Below are positions 36,371 to 46,770 of a DNA stretch of 58,109 nt, in pieces (positions within the stretch are counted from its first letter, which is position 1; every line of letters begins with the position of its first letter). A program made the position numbers and the translations under genes. Below the pieces are notes generated by a model. The model had not been told where the DNA came from. It searched no databases and saw only the letters and a program-made list of their open reading frames with translations. Origin of the DNA: a virus (lineage: Duplodnaviria; Caudoviricetes); the IMG/VR virus record IMGVR_UViG_3300027983_000019, positions 1 through 58,109 of that record. One strand, written 5' to 3'.

Positions 36371-37120
36371 TCAACTACCCCACTTATTCCACTCAGGGTC
36401 ATCCATTACTAACTTACCGTTTCTACCCATATGTTCAGGGTATAATTGGAACACGGGGTCAGATTGTGTTAATTCTTTGGTATTTAAATCCATAATGGAT
36501 AATTTACCAATATATGTAGCTCCCGTATCCATATTCCACACATTACTAATGTTCACTGGTCTTCCATGTTTGAATGTACTAATGGTTGGTGTGTGTCCGA
36601 TATAAACTTCTTTAAACATGTCCGTACCCTCTAAATAACCATTTGTTAAATCAGACCAAAAAACTCTGTCCCAAAAATATGTGGTTTTTTCTTGTTTATC
36701 GACTGGTATATCTGTATTAAAACCAGCGTGTAAAAATAATCGATTTTGTTCATCAATGTGGTATAATTCAGTTTCCTCTAGGTATTGAATGTGTTTATCA
36801 ACTAATTCGGGTTTATTGTAATAAGAGAGGTGGGTAGCTTTACCACCTTGGTGGTACCAAGTATCACTATATTCATCCACACCATTTTTTAATGTGTGTC
36901 TGAGAAAATCTAATGTCCATTCATCATGATTACCCCTTATTTTTATTAAGTTTTTAATTTTAATTAATTCCTCAATACATTCAGCCACATCAGGCCAACC
37001 ATCACAAACGTCACCCAAAGATATTAACTTATCATTTTCATAATCAAAGTTAACAGCTTCTAATACTTGTTTTAAAGCCCTATACCCACCATGGATATCC
37101 CCAATCACCAATTCTCTCAT
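36371..37120 (-). CDS. Metallophosphoesterase (Ser/Thr phosphatase-like)
   Basis: GDIHG, LGDVCD, RGNHD, HAG, GHTPT and DTGA motifs. Confidence 0.9.
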   Translation of the reverse strand: MRELVIGDIHGGYRALKQVLEAVNFDYENDKLISLGDVCDGWPDVAECIEELIKIKNLIKIRGNHDEWTLDFLRHTLKNGVDEYSDTWYHQGGKATHLSYYNKPELVDKHIQYLEETELYHIDEQNRLFLHAGFNTDIPVDKQEKTTYFWDRVFWSDLTNGYLEGTDMFKEVYIGHTPTISTFKHGRPVNISNVWNMDTGATYIGKLSIMDLNTKELTQSDPVFQLYPEHMGRNGKLVMDDPEWNKWGS

Positions 37121-37477
37121 ATTAATTTTTTATGTAACTCCATCAAAAACCCAATTATGTGTGTGTCGTGGACACCCGAACGAATTTCCTCAAATGTTTT
37201 ACACACTTCAATCGAAGTACCCTTATTAGATGCACTAAACACATTATAAACTAACCCATAATTTATTCCTAAACTCACCGGTAATCGTTTTAACTTGTTC
37301 CCCAAAGGTGTTAGTTAGTTCTTTTCTGAGGTCGGACATTAAACTAGGTTTATTATTCCTAAAAGTTTATTATTCCTAAAACAATCCATTTGATGGGTTT
37401 CAATAACCCATGTTAAAACACCCCGACTACACGTTATTGGTAAACTTACATTAGTACTGTCATTTATTGTTATCATA

Positions 37478-37711
37478 CTATTTAATTTTATTTGGTATAG
37501 TGTTTTTAAGTTTATCAAAATCAGAACACATATCTTCCTCATTCTGATATAGGTAAGATGTTTCAGAATCAACTTCCCCACCTTTTTCCACCACCTCAAT
37601 GGAAGGTAAACCATATGAACTTTTAAAAAAATGGTAACCATTTTTAATTATGTTTTTTGAATCATTCTGTAATGAAGTGTTTTTAAACTTAACTATTGTA
37701 TTTTTCGACAT
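37478..37711 (-). CDS. Hypothetical protein
   Basis: 77-aa ORF. Confidence 0.55.
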   Translation of the reverse strand: MSKNTIVKFKNTSLQNDSKNIIKNGYHFFKSSYGLPSIEVVEKGGEVDSETSYLYQNEEDMCSDFDKLKNTIPNKIK

Positions 37712-38001
37712 AATCTTGTAACTTTAAATAAATTATTGAAATAACTTGTCTATCACAATTTTTTGTTTCTACCCCATCTATGGAATAGATAATATCATAA
37801 TAATTACATAATTGGTGTGGTATTAAAAGGTATAGGATTTCTTTTTTATGTAAATTACATCACCTTTACTATCAATGGTGTCTGTGTAGTAGAATAAATT
37901 ACTAAAATATATTCTACGACCAACCATATCACACTCCTTTACCATTTCGATGGTTGATTCAGATTCTTGTCTACCTAAAAGGTGATTGTCAAAAACACCC
38001 A

Positions 38002-38187
38002 TCAAACTAGTGTTTTAGTTAAGTGGTTATAATCTTTTAGGTATTTTTCATAAGAAGCCTCATCCATCTCTTTTAACCTATTAAATTGAATCCCTATCCT
38101 ACTTTCAGAAATAGTAATTTCACCTTTTTTAATTTGTTTCATCTTAACGGTGATATTCTTCTCAATTTGTCTTATTTGTTTTAACAT
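38002..38187 (-). CDS. Hypothetical protein
   Basis: 61-aa ORF after a TATATTTG promoter. Confidence 0.6.
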   Translation of the reverse strand: MLKQIRQIEKNITVKMKQIKKGEITISESRIGIQFNRLKEMDEASYEKYLKDYNHLTKTLV

Positions 38188-38265
38188 ACAACGGGTTTTA
38201 AAAGATTAAACATTTATTTAAACAAATATAAAAAACTTTTCTTAATAAAACAAGTAATTAGAAAT

Positions 38266-38772
38266 CTAATTAAAAATATCTATACCCACCCAAATTTTTT
38301 TAGGTATAAACTCTAATCTTTTTATCACCATAGACACACCAATTATTGACTTATATACCCCATCTTCAACTCTCCAACTCACCAAATTTTGGTTGTGATT
38401 ATCAATATAATATAATCTACCCATTGGTACTAAATTAAGTGGTCGAACGGATACTAAATCCTGACCAATTGTTCTAGCCATTACTTGTTCAGCCATTGGT
38501 AATAAAGTATTATGATGTATAGGTTCACCATTAATAAATGGGTACATAATATCATTCAATATTTGTCTATTAACTTCAGTTGCAACTTGTTCAGATAATA
38601 ATGCTGTCAATTCAGCCTCAGCGTCGATGTTATGGAATGCTGTTAAATCTTGTGTTAATTCAGGTGTCCAAGTAACTCTTAAGTTCCTTGTTCGTATTTC
38701 TACTACTCCGTTATGAACATAATTACCAGTTATAAAGTTATGTGTGTAAGAACTTTTTTTAATCATTATCAT
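38266..38772 (-). CDS. Small protein built from two T4 gp23-like major capsid segments
   Basis: RNLRVTWTPELTQDLTAFHNIDAEAELTALLSEQVATEVNRQIL, then LPMAEQVMARTIGQDLVSVRPL. Confidence 0.75.
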   Translation of the reverse strand: MIMIKKSSYTHNFITGNYVHNGVVEIRTRNLRVTWTPELTQDLTAFHNIDAEAELTALLSEQVATEVNRQILNDIMYPFINGEPIHHNTLLPMAEQVMARTIGQDLVSVRPLNLVPMGRLYYIDNHNQNLVSWRVEDGVYKSIIGVSMVIKRLEFIPKKIWVGIDIFN

Positions 38773-39013
38773 TAGTTAATGTGTCAGATAATGTTTGGTA
38801 TAATCTGTTATTTATGGGTCGGATTGTGTACCTTGATGAGATTGATTGGTTAGTTTGGTATTCATTCGAGACTACCTCCGTAAGTTCCATGGGTATGTAT
38901 GGTACAAACATATAACCAACATCTAAAAAATTGTTTCCTATTTTAAGGTGTACACCCTTACCTGTGATGAAATTATGACGAATATTGTCACATTTTATTA
39001 AAACGTTGTCCAT
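38759..39013 (-). CDS. Small protein with a gp23-like C-terminal segment
   Basis: NFLDVGYMFVPYIPM...SRY. Confidence 0.6.
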   Translation of the reverse strand: MDNVLIKCDNIRHNFITGKGVHLKIGNNFLDVGYMFVPYIPMELTEVVSNEYQTNQSISSRYTIRPINNRLYQTLSDTLTNDND

Positions 39014-39024
39014 GTTAGTAAATA

Positions 39025-39933
39025 CTACATAACTTCTAAATTATGTGTACACTTTGGGCACGAATAACTCACATTAAATCTTTTATCGGTCACTATTTGT
39101 GTTCCACTACAACAATCATAAACACTTGTATCATCTTTTTTAGGTTTTTCATTAACTAAATCATACAAACAAATTAGGTCTTTATTAATAATAAAGGCAT
39201 ATCTATGTTTTCTAGTTCTAGATATCCAAACACCCTCTTTTTCTTTAGTAGTACCCCTTGGGTTAACTTTACCACCATCAGTGTAGGAAAAGAAATCACT
39301 CTTTTTGTTGGTTAATCCGTAATAACTGAAATTACATACTTGGTATATACTACCAGTGTGTCTACTATCATCAGCTAAAGTGATTACAGCTCTAATTTCT
39401 TCTTTTTTAAGGAGTTTAATACTTGTTGATAATAAAAACGATGTCGCGTTGGTTCCATTTAAGTTTGGCATAACACATAATCTACTTAGTTCTAATACCG
39501 ATTGGTCAGTGTTAGGCAAACCAAACCAACCTTTTAGTGCAACATTACCTTGTGGGTTAGAAAACGCCGTTACACCTAATAATTCACCACCACCCTTATG
39601 ATACATACCATAAGAAAATTTAGCAAAGAATTTAGCTGCACCTAAGTAATGATAGGTCTTTATGAACTCATATGCTATTTTTTTATCGATTAGTTTAATT
39701 ACGTAATCTTTTTTCTTAAAATCGTTGTTGTGTGTTTTTTCAGGTTCGGATTTCATCTTAAATATTGGGAAGTTCCCATGTGGTACTGTGTATTCATCAC
39801 CACTATCTTTGTCTTGGATTAGGTGACCACCATCCAACGGTTTCAAATAAACCCCGATATTATTAGTCTTACTTAAAAAAACATCACCAGGGTTTAAATC
39901 ACCTAATAATGTGTGTTCTTCATTAAAATTCAT
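39025..39933 (-). CDS. Mom-like (GNAT-fold) DNA modification protein
   Basis: FIKTYHYLG, ELSRLCV, VITLADDSRHTGSIYQVCNFSYYG. Confidence 0.7.
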   Translation of the reverse strand: MNFNEEHTLLGDLNPGDVFLSKTNNIGVYLKPLDGGHLIQDKDSGDEYTVPHGNFPIFKMKSEPEKTHNNDFKKKDYVIKLIDKKIAYEFIKTYHYLGAAKFFAKFSYGMYHKGGGELLGVTAFSNPQGNVALKGWFGLPNTDQSVLELSRLCVMPNLNGTNATSFLLSTSIKLLKKEEIRAVITLADDSRHTGSIYQVCNFSYYGLTNKKSDFFSYTDGGKVNPRGTTKEKEGVWISRTRKHRYAFIINKDLICLYDLVNEKPKKDDTSVYDCCSGTQIVTDKRFNVSYSCPKCTHNLEVM

Positions 39934-40342
39934 GTCTTAATATGTGTTTATTGGGTTCGATGTTTATTCTAAAAACTGTTGATAGATTTTCTATTTTAGA
40001 TATGTCAACAGCTAATAAGTTGTAATCAACACTCACCACCCCGTTAGGTTCTATAGAACCATTAGCTCTGGTCGCTAAACCAAATTCACCATTTAATATA
40101 CCATTGATAATTAGTTCGTTATCTGTTTGTAAATCACCAACCATTGTCCCCCCAACCATTCTTAAATTAGTTATCTGATGTGTTGGGTTTTCGGTTAAAT
40201 GGGTTTGTGGTTGATATAGTTCAAAATATCCACCCAAGTATGTTTTTTTATTAACACATAACTTAGATAATAACTCAAACGGGTACACCCTATCATTCTT
40301 ATTTATTACATTAGATTCAAGTATTTTAATTGACATTCTCAT
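39923..40342 (-). CDS. Degenerate prohead-protease-like (gp21-like) protein
   Basis: INKNDRVYP, THQITNL, GLATRANGS (SSRG position altered), LLAVDI. Confidence 0.6.
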   Translation of the reverse strand: MRMSIKILESNVINKNDRVYPFELLSKLCVNKKTYLGGYFELYQPQTHLTENPTHQITNLRMVGGTMVGDLQTDNELIINGILNGEFGLATRANGSIEPNGVVSVDYNLLAVDISKIENLSTVFRINIEPNKHILRHEF

Positions 40343-40641
40343 GTGTGTATGAATATTGGTGTGTTTTCACCCATCCATGCTTGGATTATATTAAATGAAA
40401 AATACTCATGAGCTTCCTCAAAAGACATATTATCTCTCGTTATTAAAATATCAATAATCTTGGAGACACTATAGGCCACAACTGGACCTAAATCTATTCG
40501 TTCAGCCATACCAATGATAGCCTCATCGAAACCATCACATGTTAACGCCTCTTCATTGTATTCTATAATTTCTTGATGTGTCATACGATAATAATAGGTA
40601 TAAAAAATGGGGTTATAAACCCCATTTTTATTAATTACCAT
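40339..40641 (-). CDS. Conserved phage protein
   Basis: DGFDEAIIG...EEAHEYFSFNIIQAWMGENTPIF. Confidence 0.7.
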   Translation of the reverse strand: MVINKNGVYNPIFYTYYYRMTHQEIIEYNEEALTCDGFDEAIIGMAERIDLGPVVAYSVSKIIDILITRDNMSFEEAHEYFSFNIIQAWMGENTPIFIHT

Positions 40642-41504
40642 ATTTTTCCATTACCACTTAACACAAAGCTTTTGGTGCCCATTCTATTATATATTATAAC
40701 ACCATTACCATTTAATGGTGACATAAAATAATCAATATCTACATACCACCTACTTTTACTAGCTTCTATGGCTTGTTCCTCCCAATTTTTAACTTGACAG
40801 GTAATTGTTCTACCCTTATATTCCATTATTAAATCAGCCCCAAATAACATATCAATGAAGTCACCATTACCACCTTGATATAATTTTTTCATACCGAATT
40901 TTTCTAAAACTTTACAAACATAAGATTCAGCAGCATCACCTATATTTGTCATATGGATTGAATTTCTAGTAAACACCTTTATATCATCAATTGAGTAATA
41001 CTCGTTGATTAGTTGTGATAATGTGGGTTTTATACTTTCTAGATACTTCTTAACACCAATTAATTCTTTATCCATCAAATTACTAAGTTGACCTTTTTTT
41101 ATTATTAAATCAGTCACTAATTCAGCCAAATCACTATAATTCGTGTTTAATTTATTAACGTAATGCCACTCACCACCTTCATCTATAACTAAACCAGCTT
41201 CTAATAGTTTTTCATGTATATACACACCATCCACCAACTTAATAGAATTAAATTTTCCGGTGTCATAAAGTAGTTTTAGTGGTTCTTGGTATTCTTCAGT
41301 TCTATCCTCAATAACCTTAATAGTATTTAACATGTTATCAACAATACACCTCAAACCCAAACCACTCCCACTATATAACCATGAAGATAAACTACTAATT
41401 TTCTGACATAGTTTTCTAGCCTCTGGGTCACTAAAGTTTGAACAACTTTTGTAATTAGTTTTACTAATCTCCTCTTTTATTATTTTCTTTATATTCATAG
41501 TCAT
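40635..41504 (-). CDS. Tagged protein with a C-terminal PD-(D/E)XK-like nuclease motif
   Basis: N-terminal NIKKIIKEEI; IGDAAE...DMLFGADL...QVK. Confidence 0.6.
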   Translation of the reverse strand: MTMNIKKIIKEEISKTNYKSCSNFSDPEARKLCQKISSLSSWLYSGSGLGLRCIVDNMLNTIKVIEDRTEEYQEPLKLLYDTGKFNSIKLVDGVYIHEKLLEAGLVIDEGGEWHYVNKLNTNYSDLAELVTDLIIKKGQLSNLMDKELIGVKKYLESIKPTLSQLINEYYSIDDIKVFTRNSIHMTNIGDAAESYVCKVLEKFGMKKLYQGGNGDFIDMLFGADLIMEYKGRTITCQVKNWEEQAIEASKSRWYVDIDYFMSPLNGNGVIIYNRMGTKSFVLSGNGKIW

Positions 41505-41523
41505 ATATGATTTATCTACTCAA

Positions 41524-42405
41524 TTACGTATCCATGTTTTTACCAAACATTTCGGATTCCTTAGCTCTTCTAGGTATGTGACCTTGGTATGTTATATGTG
41601 TGTTTTTAATCTTTTCTCTAGCTTCTTCATAATCACCTCGTTTAACTATTTGTATAAAATCTGAGTTCCTAAATCCACTTACACCCATATTAAATATCAT
41701 AGATATCATAGCTTCATACATGTCTTGGTCTATTTCATACCCAACACCCTTTTTATCCCAATCATTTAACAATCGGTCTAATCCATCTTTTGCGTATAAA
41801 ACATCAGCTTTAAATAATTTTTTAGCCCTTTCTATAGTAATCACATCACCCTTTTTAAATTGTGACTGATTAATTCGTTCAGCGTGACCCCAACCAATTG
41901 TAACCATATCATCACCTAATTGATAAGCTTTTAATACAGCTTCACCTTTATTTTTTCTACTACCCTCCTCATATTTAAGGAAGTCAATTAGGTTTTTAGT
42001 CACCTTGGTTGGTTTAGTATATTTAACCCCCTTAACCTTTGGTGTTGTTGGTAGGGATGTACTTGTCATTAAAACCTCTTTTTCAATTTCAGGAACACCG
42101 TTTGAAACGATGTTTGAAACACTATTGAGACCTAAGATACTAATTAATCCCGTAATAACATACCTAATCATTTTTATTTTTAAATTTTTTGGTACGCTCT
42201 CCACTTTTTTTATAAAGGTTATTAAATATTGTTCAGCTTGTGAACTTGTTTTAACATTCTTTTTTGTATTATCGATTTTATCTTTAACCACATCCCACTC
42301 AAATGTTGGTGATGTCTCATCCTCAGATAAAACAATAAGGTCATTAATGAATGACCATTCGTTGAATGATATCACTTCCTCCTTAATTATTTTTCTTATA
42401 TCCAT
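41524..42405 (-). CDS. Phage lysozyme (GH24) with the shared N-terminal tag
   Basis: LKYEEG, AYQLGDDMVTIGWGH, SMIFNMG, RRAKE; N-terminal MDIRKIIKEE. Confidence 0.88.
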   Translation of the reverse strand: MDIRKIIKEEVISFNEWSFINDLIVLSEDETSPTFEWDVVKDKIDNTKKNVKTSSQAEQYLITFIKKVESVPKNLKIKMIRYVITGLISILGLNSVSNIVSNGVPEIEKEVLMTSTSLPTTPKVKGVKYTKPTKVTKNLIDFLKYEEGSRKNKGEAVLKAYQLGDDMVTIGWGHAERINQSQFKKGDVITIERAKKLFKADVLYAKDGLDRLLNDWDKKGVGYEIDQDMYEAMISMIFNMGVSGFRNSDFIQIVKRGDYEEAREKIKNTHITYQGHIPRRAKESEMFGKNMDT

Positions 42406-42467
42406 GTTTATAAATATAATGTTAACGCATAAAAAATGGGGTAATAATTAAATCATCACCCCATTTT

Positions 42468-44105
42468 TTACTGAGTTACCTCAACGACAGAGACGTTAGT
42501 TTCCACTTCATCCCATGCGTCTATTAGTACCTTAGCGAACTGACTTTCTTTCCCAGTCCACCCTGACAATATAGCTCCTCTATATAAATTTTCAGGAACA
42601 ACCGAGTTATTATATCCAGCTGTTTGTATCGTAAACATATTAACCTTCGGGTTAACATCTTTCCTATACCTCTCAACTAATTTAAGAACATCGATGTAGT
42701 TCCCATAACTAGTACCACCATAAATATAGTCTTTATAGTCACTTCGGTTTATCCCAAACAACGAACCGTGTCCAGCTTGTTGGTCTGAGTATATAAAGAT
42801 ATTGTCGTAGTGAACTTTGTTTTCGATTGCCTCCTTGAAGAACAACCAAATACCATTTTCAGTTCTTGGACCTTGTTTTTTACCTCGTTCTTTGGTTTCT
42901 TTCATTTGAGATAAGATACCATTTCTTTTCGAAACAGGTTTTAAATCTAGTTTATCACCGAAAACGCCAACCTCACCTTCATCAGATTGTATCGCGGTAA
43001 TTATACTAGACAAGTTACCTATATCAGCAACAGTAACAGTACCATATTCAGAATTAAAAGAACCCCAAGCCGAACCAGAGTTATCAGATAAACAAACTGT
43101 TTTACCCTTTAATTTAGGTAAATTTTTCACCGAAATATCAAGACACTCTTCAAGTGCATCTTTCAATAGACCTTCGTGATTAACACCTTCAATAGCTTTG
43201 AACGCTGAGTAATATCTAAAAGGGAATTGTTTACCGTAAAGTACACCGCCTTTTAATTTTTCACACACATCTTTAGTGAATAGTAGGTCATTAACCTCTG
43301 TGAAGATACCTCTAAGATTTATTAGTAAAGCCATATGAGGTATTTTGATTGTATCAAAAATCTCTTTCCATGTTTTACCTTCGGACCTTAAACTTTCCCA
43401 TGTTCGTGAACTTTCTTCCACAGTGACATTACCCGTAGTCATCATCTCTGTAATGACATCTGATTTAGCGTGAGAAATTCTCACTAAATCTATAAGTCCT
43501 TTGGATTTATACTTATTCATTCTGTAAGCGTCGAACTCACCTAACGCGTCAGCCCAAACCCTTTTTACGATTGACGGTAAACCCTTTTTGGTCACATTTA
43601 ACCACATGTAGTAGTCAAACTGATTTGTGATGTCATCAGGTCTGATAATAAGTTCAGAACCAATTTTTCTCATAACACCAGGGTTTTCTTTGTTAAATTC
43701 AACCCTTCCTTCGTGTCTTGCTGCTCTAATAAATATTACAGCTGGGTTCATCCTCATGAAATACTCGTGTCTTAAAGTACGAGCTAATTCCAAAGTCCCC
43801 ATAAAGTTTTCAGTTAATGCCTCATCAATACACTTAGTAAAAACATCTGTTGTTGTTTCAACTTCATCGTCAGAATATAACCCAAGTACGTCATTCTTCA
43901 TAATAGTCTGAATATTGGTTGGTTTATCGTGTGATGCTTTGTAGTAAGATGGTTCACCGAATATTGAACTCCCAGCTACAATCCTTAACGTGTCTAATGG
44001 TTTTAAGGTATAAGATGTACCTCCCATAAAATTTGTTACGGACGTTCCTTCGTGTGTTCTAATACTCGACACTGTTTTCTTAGAAGATTTTGAAAATTTA
44101 CTCAT
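42468..44105 (-). CDS. Ro60/TROVE-domain RNA-binding protein
   Basis: TWES, IPHMALLINLR, QFPFRYYSA and vWA MIDAS-like CLSDNSGS motifs. Confidence 0.9.
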   Translation of the reverse strand: MSKFSKSSKKTVSSIRTHEGTSVTNFMGGTSYTLKPLDTLRIVAGSSIFGEPSYYKASHDKPTNIQTIMKNDVLGLYSDDEVETTTDVFTKCIDEALTENFMGTLELARTLRHEYFMRMNPAVIFIRAARHEGRVEFNKENPGVMRKIGSELIIRPDDITNQFDYYMWLNVTKKGLPSIVKRVWADALGEFDAYRMNKYKSKGLIDLVRISHAKSDVITEMMTTGNVTVEESSRTWESLRSEGKTWKEIFDTIKIPHMALLINLRGIFTEVNDLLFTKDVCEKLKGGVLYGKQFPFRYYSAFKAIEGVNHEGLLKDALEECLDISVKNLPKLKGKTVCLSDNSGSAWGSFNSEYGTVTVADIGNLSSIITAIQSDEGEVGVFGDKLDLKPVSKRNGILSQMKETKERGKKQGPRTENGIWLFFKEAIENKVHYDNIFIYSDQQAGHGSLFGINRSDYKDYIYGGTSYGNYIDVLKLVERYRKDVNPKVNMFTIQTAGYNNSVVPENLYRGAILSGWTGKESQFAKVLIDAWDEVETNVSVVEVTQ

Positions 44106-44135
44106 AGTTTTAATATTTTATTAATGTTTAGACAT

Positions 44136-44175
44136 AAAAAACCCCTTTACTGATTGGTGGGGTAGTAAAGGGGTT
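44136..44175 (-). terminator. Intrinsic terminator in the Ro60 leader
   Basis: AACCCCTTTACT/AGTAAAGGGGTT stem plus T-run, 30 nt before the start codon. Confidence 0.75.
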
Positions 44176-44221
44176 ATAAAGACAACACCCCACATTAGTG
44201 GAATGTTGTTTTTTGGAATAT

Positions 44222-44299
44222 CCTTTACTGAGAATAGTTGATAGAGTATGGTTTTTATATATAAGCTATAGATGTAACTCGTATCACCGCTTCAGTAAA
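44222..44299 (-). ncRNA. Candidate Y-RNA-like stem-loop upstream of Ro60
   Basis: TTTACTGA/TCAGTAAA stem with GAAGCGGT and GAGTTACATC, shared with 22935-23012. Confidence 0.55.
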
Positions 44300-44312
44300 T
44301 ATTTTAGACTTA

Positions 44313-44595
44313 TTTAGGTCTATTCGAGATTTACTCAGAATAGTTCATATGTTACATATTATTGTTGGTTACTTTTATTCACCTCTAATGTATGACACGT
44401 TACAGATATAGGATGTAATCCTCTTAAGTTACAGTGTCATAAGTTTCTGACATCTTATTTAAGGACGTTTATGTTAGTCCGACAATTTTAATTCACAACT
44501 TTGGTTTTTACACTTCCCGTTGTTGGTACAATATTGACAAATATCCCTATCTATTTTAAGAAGTATCTATTTTAACCGCTTCGAATAAACCTAAA
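44313..44595 (-). ncRNA. Larger candidate Y-RNA-like RNA upstream of Ro60
   Basis: Terminal stem TTTAGGTTTATTCGA/TCGAATAGACCTAAA with the same GAAGCGGT...AATCTC junction. Confidence 0.55.
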
Positions 44596-44669
44596 AGTCT
44601 TTGTTTCTGTTTGTTTATTAAAAATATGTATCTTTTTTCGTAATGTCAAGGGTTTACCCTATTTTTTAA

Positions 44670-45356
44670 TCACAAATTTTCTAATTGATTAATTAAATTT
44701 TTAGCTGTCTCAATATCACCATTATCGAGTGCATCTTGTGCTTTTACTAATAATCCAGCCTTATCATCACCCACCACTTTTATTTCTGAAGCCATCTCTA
44801 ATAGTTTAACCCTTATAATTGGTTCACCTATGAGTTTAATTTTAGTTGTTAAAGCCTCAAACTCAACTCTATCCATTGGGTTTTTATTATCACAATGTTC
44901 ATTAATCTCCGTGATTAAATTATTAATAATTTTGGTACCATTTTCTCTTTCACTTACAGATATTTGGTGTGACTTATTTTCTAATAAAGAGTATCTAATT
45001 GTGTGAATATTAGCCATGAATGTTTTCTCAGGTGATTCAACAATATCACCACCTTCCGTTAAAATCCTAACACAATCATCCACCATATCCATAATTATAT
45101 TTTGACTTGTTGTTATAATTCTAACCTCATCGTTTATGATTGTTGAACTAACAATCATTGATATGAAATTCTTCACCTGTGGTAAGGACATTTCTTTTTC
45201 AGGGAATAAGAATGTTGTTGGTGAAAACTCCAACATTTCCTCAATCTGTTTATTTGAGTGGTAAGGTGCTACCAAACATTTTAATACTTTACCACCATAC
45301 ATCATTTTTGATGTTGATATTTGTTCTTCCGTTAATTCGAATAAATTCTTTACCAT
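44670..45356 (-). CDS. Hypothetical protein
   Basis: 228-aa ORF. Confidence 0.75.
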   Translation of the reverse strand: MVKNLFELTEEQISTSKMMYGGKVLKCLVAPYHSNKQIEEMLEFSPTTFLFPEKEMSLPQVKNFISMIVSSTIINDEVRIITTSQNIIMDMVDDCVRILTEGGDIVESPEKTFMANIHTIRYSLLENKSHQISVSERENGTKIINNLITEINEHCDNKNPMDRVEFEALTTKIKLIGEPIIRVKLLEMASEIKVVGDDKAGLLVKAQDALDNGDIETAKNLINQLENL

Positions 45357-45357
45357 A

Positions 45358-45582
45358 TTATTTAATTAAATGTTTAACACTTTCACATGGTACACATGTA
45401 ACCCCTAACCCAGTTGCATCTGTACTAAAAGATTTTCTTGATGCGACAATACCAAAACATAAATTAGTTCTACTGTCTCTCACGTATTGAATGTCGTTAG
45501 AATCAACATCTACATTACCAGATGTAGATACACTACAACTCATCATTCCTAACCCTAATCCTAACACCATTATTCTTCTCAT
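45358..45582 (-). CDS. Small lipoprotein
   Basis: LGLGLGMMS-C. Confidence 0.65.
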   Translation of the reverse strand: MRRIMVLGLGLGMMSCSVSTSGNVDVDSNDIQYVRDSRTNLCFGIVASRKSFSTDATGLGVTCVPCESVKHLIK

Positions 45583-45594
45583 ATTTTATTTATT

Positions 45595-46164
45595 TTAATC
45601 CCACCAATTCTCGATTTTTTGATTTAGAATTTTGAACAATAAATTTTTACATCTTACTTGGTTTTCATGTGCAATTTCCATCGCTATTATTTTACCACCA
45701 TCTTCTTGTTTTTTTTCTAATGGTTGATTAAAACGATTAATTTCCCCACTAATAACTTTTTTATATTGTCGGGGATATTTTTTAAAGTATTCACTAAAAT
45801 TTTCAGATAAAAACACATCGTTAATTTCATAACTCTTTATATCACTTTTTAATTTATCTAAGTTTTCACCAAAAGTAATTTTATTTTCATAGTATGACTG
45901 ATATTCCATATTATAATACTCATCTTGACAATGTCTAATTAATTTAGTACATAATAATATTTGTTCAGAATCACGTTTAGATTGAGTATGAATACCTTGA
46001 TTTTTTAACTTAAACCTTAATATTTCATATATGTAAAAAGTATCCCAATCACGGTCTTTATATATGATTGGGAACCACTTAATTAAGTTTTTAATCCCAT
46101 ATATAAAATTCCTAGGGACGTGTTTAGCATCAAATCTAATCCAAATTTTTAATTTATCTAACAT
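45595..46164 (-). CDS. Conserved phage hypothetical protein
   Basis: KWFPIIYKDRDWD...NWWD. Confidence 0.75.
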   Translation of the reverse strand: MLDKLKIWIRFDAKHVPRNFIYGIKNLIKWFPIIYKDRDWDTFYIYEILRFKLKNQGIHTQSKRDSEQILLCTKLIRHCQDEYYNMEYQSYYENKITFGENLDKLKSDIKSYEINDVFLSENFSEYFKKYPRQYKKVISGEINRFNQPLEKKQEDGGKIIAMEIAHENQVRCKNLLFKILNQKIENWWD

Positions 46165-46172
46165 AGTTTTTA

Positions 46173-46565
46173 TTAAATATATTCTTTTATGATTTGTGAA
46201 ACAACTTTGTTATCAGCCATACCTTTGAAGTTTTTATTAAATTCACCCATCATTTGACCGATGTTATTTAAACCATTCTTACTATATGTGGATATGATTT
46301 CACGAATTCTATCTTCACCCATTAAAATAGGTAGATACGTTTCAATATAACTTAATTCCTTTTCGGATTCACTGTTGTTTGTTTCTTTAAGTGATTTTTC
46401 CATTTTCTTAACCACCACCAACACATTTTCATCTGTCGGTTCAATACCTTTACCACCCATGGCATCTATTTCTCCTTTAATTACCCCAAGGAAATTCTTT
46501 TTATTCATGTCTTTAGCTTTAAAAGCTGTCATGAAATCTTTGTTAATTTGTTCTTTTAGTGTCAT
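46173..46565 (-). CDS. GatB/YqeY-domain protein
   Basis: MTLKEQINKDFMTAFKAKD, IETYLP, IGQMMG and ADNKVVS motifs. Confidence 0.85.
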   Translation of the reverse strand: MTLKEQINKDFMTAFKAKDMNKKNFLGVIKGEIDAMGGKGIEPTDENVLVVVKKMEKSLKETNNSESEKELSYIETYLPILMGEDRIREIISTYSKNGLNNIGQMMGEFNKNFKGMADNKVVSQIIKEYI

Positions 46566-46770
46566 TTTTTTTTATTTTTTAATAAAACTAATCTTCGTTA
46601 CTTGGTATAACCAAACACCTGTGACCAATGTTAAACAATGGGACATTAACCCCAATAATTCATGTTTAGATGATAACCAATAGTATATTTCGGATAAAAA
46701 AATGACCCAAACCACCCATGTTAATATAAACACAATTATTTTCGATATTTTTTCTAAAATTTTACCCATT

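Noticed and set aside
38266-39013. True major capsid gene split by frameshifts
   Set aside because: The segments are out of order, cover only part of gp23, and lack structural-operon context.
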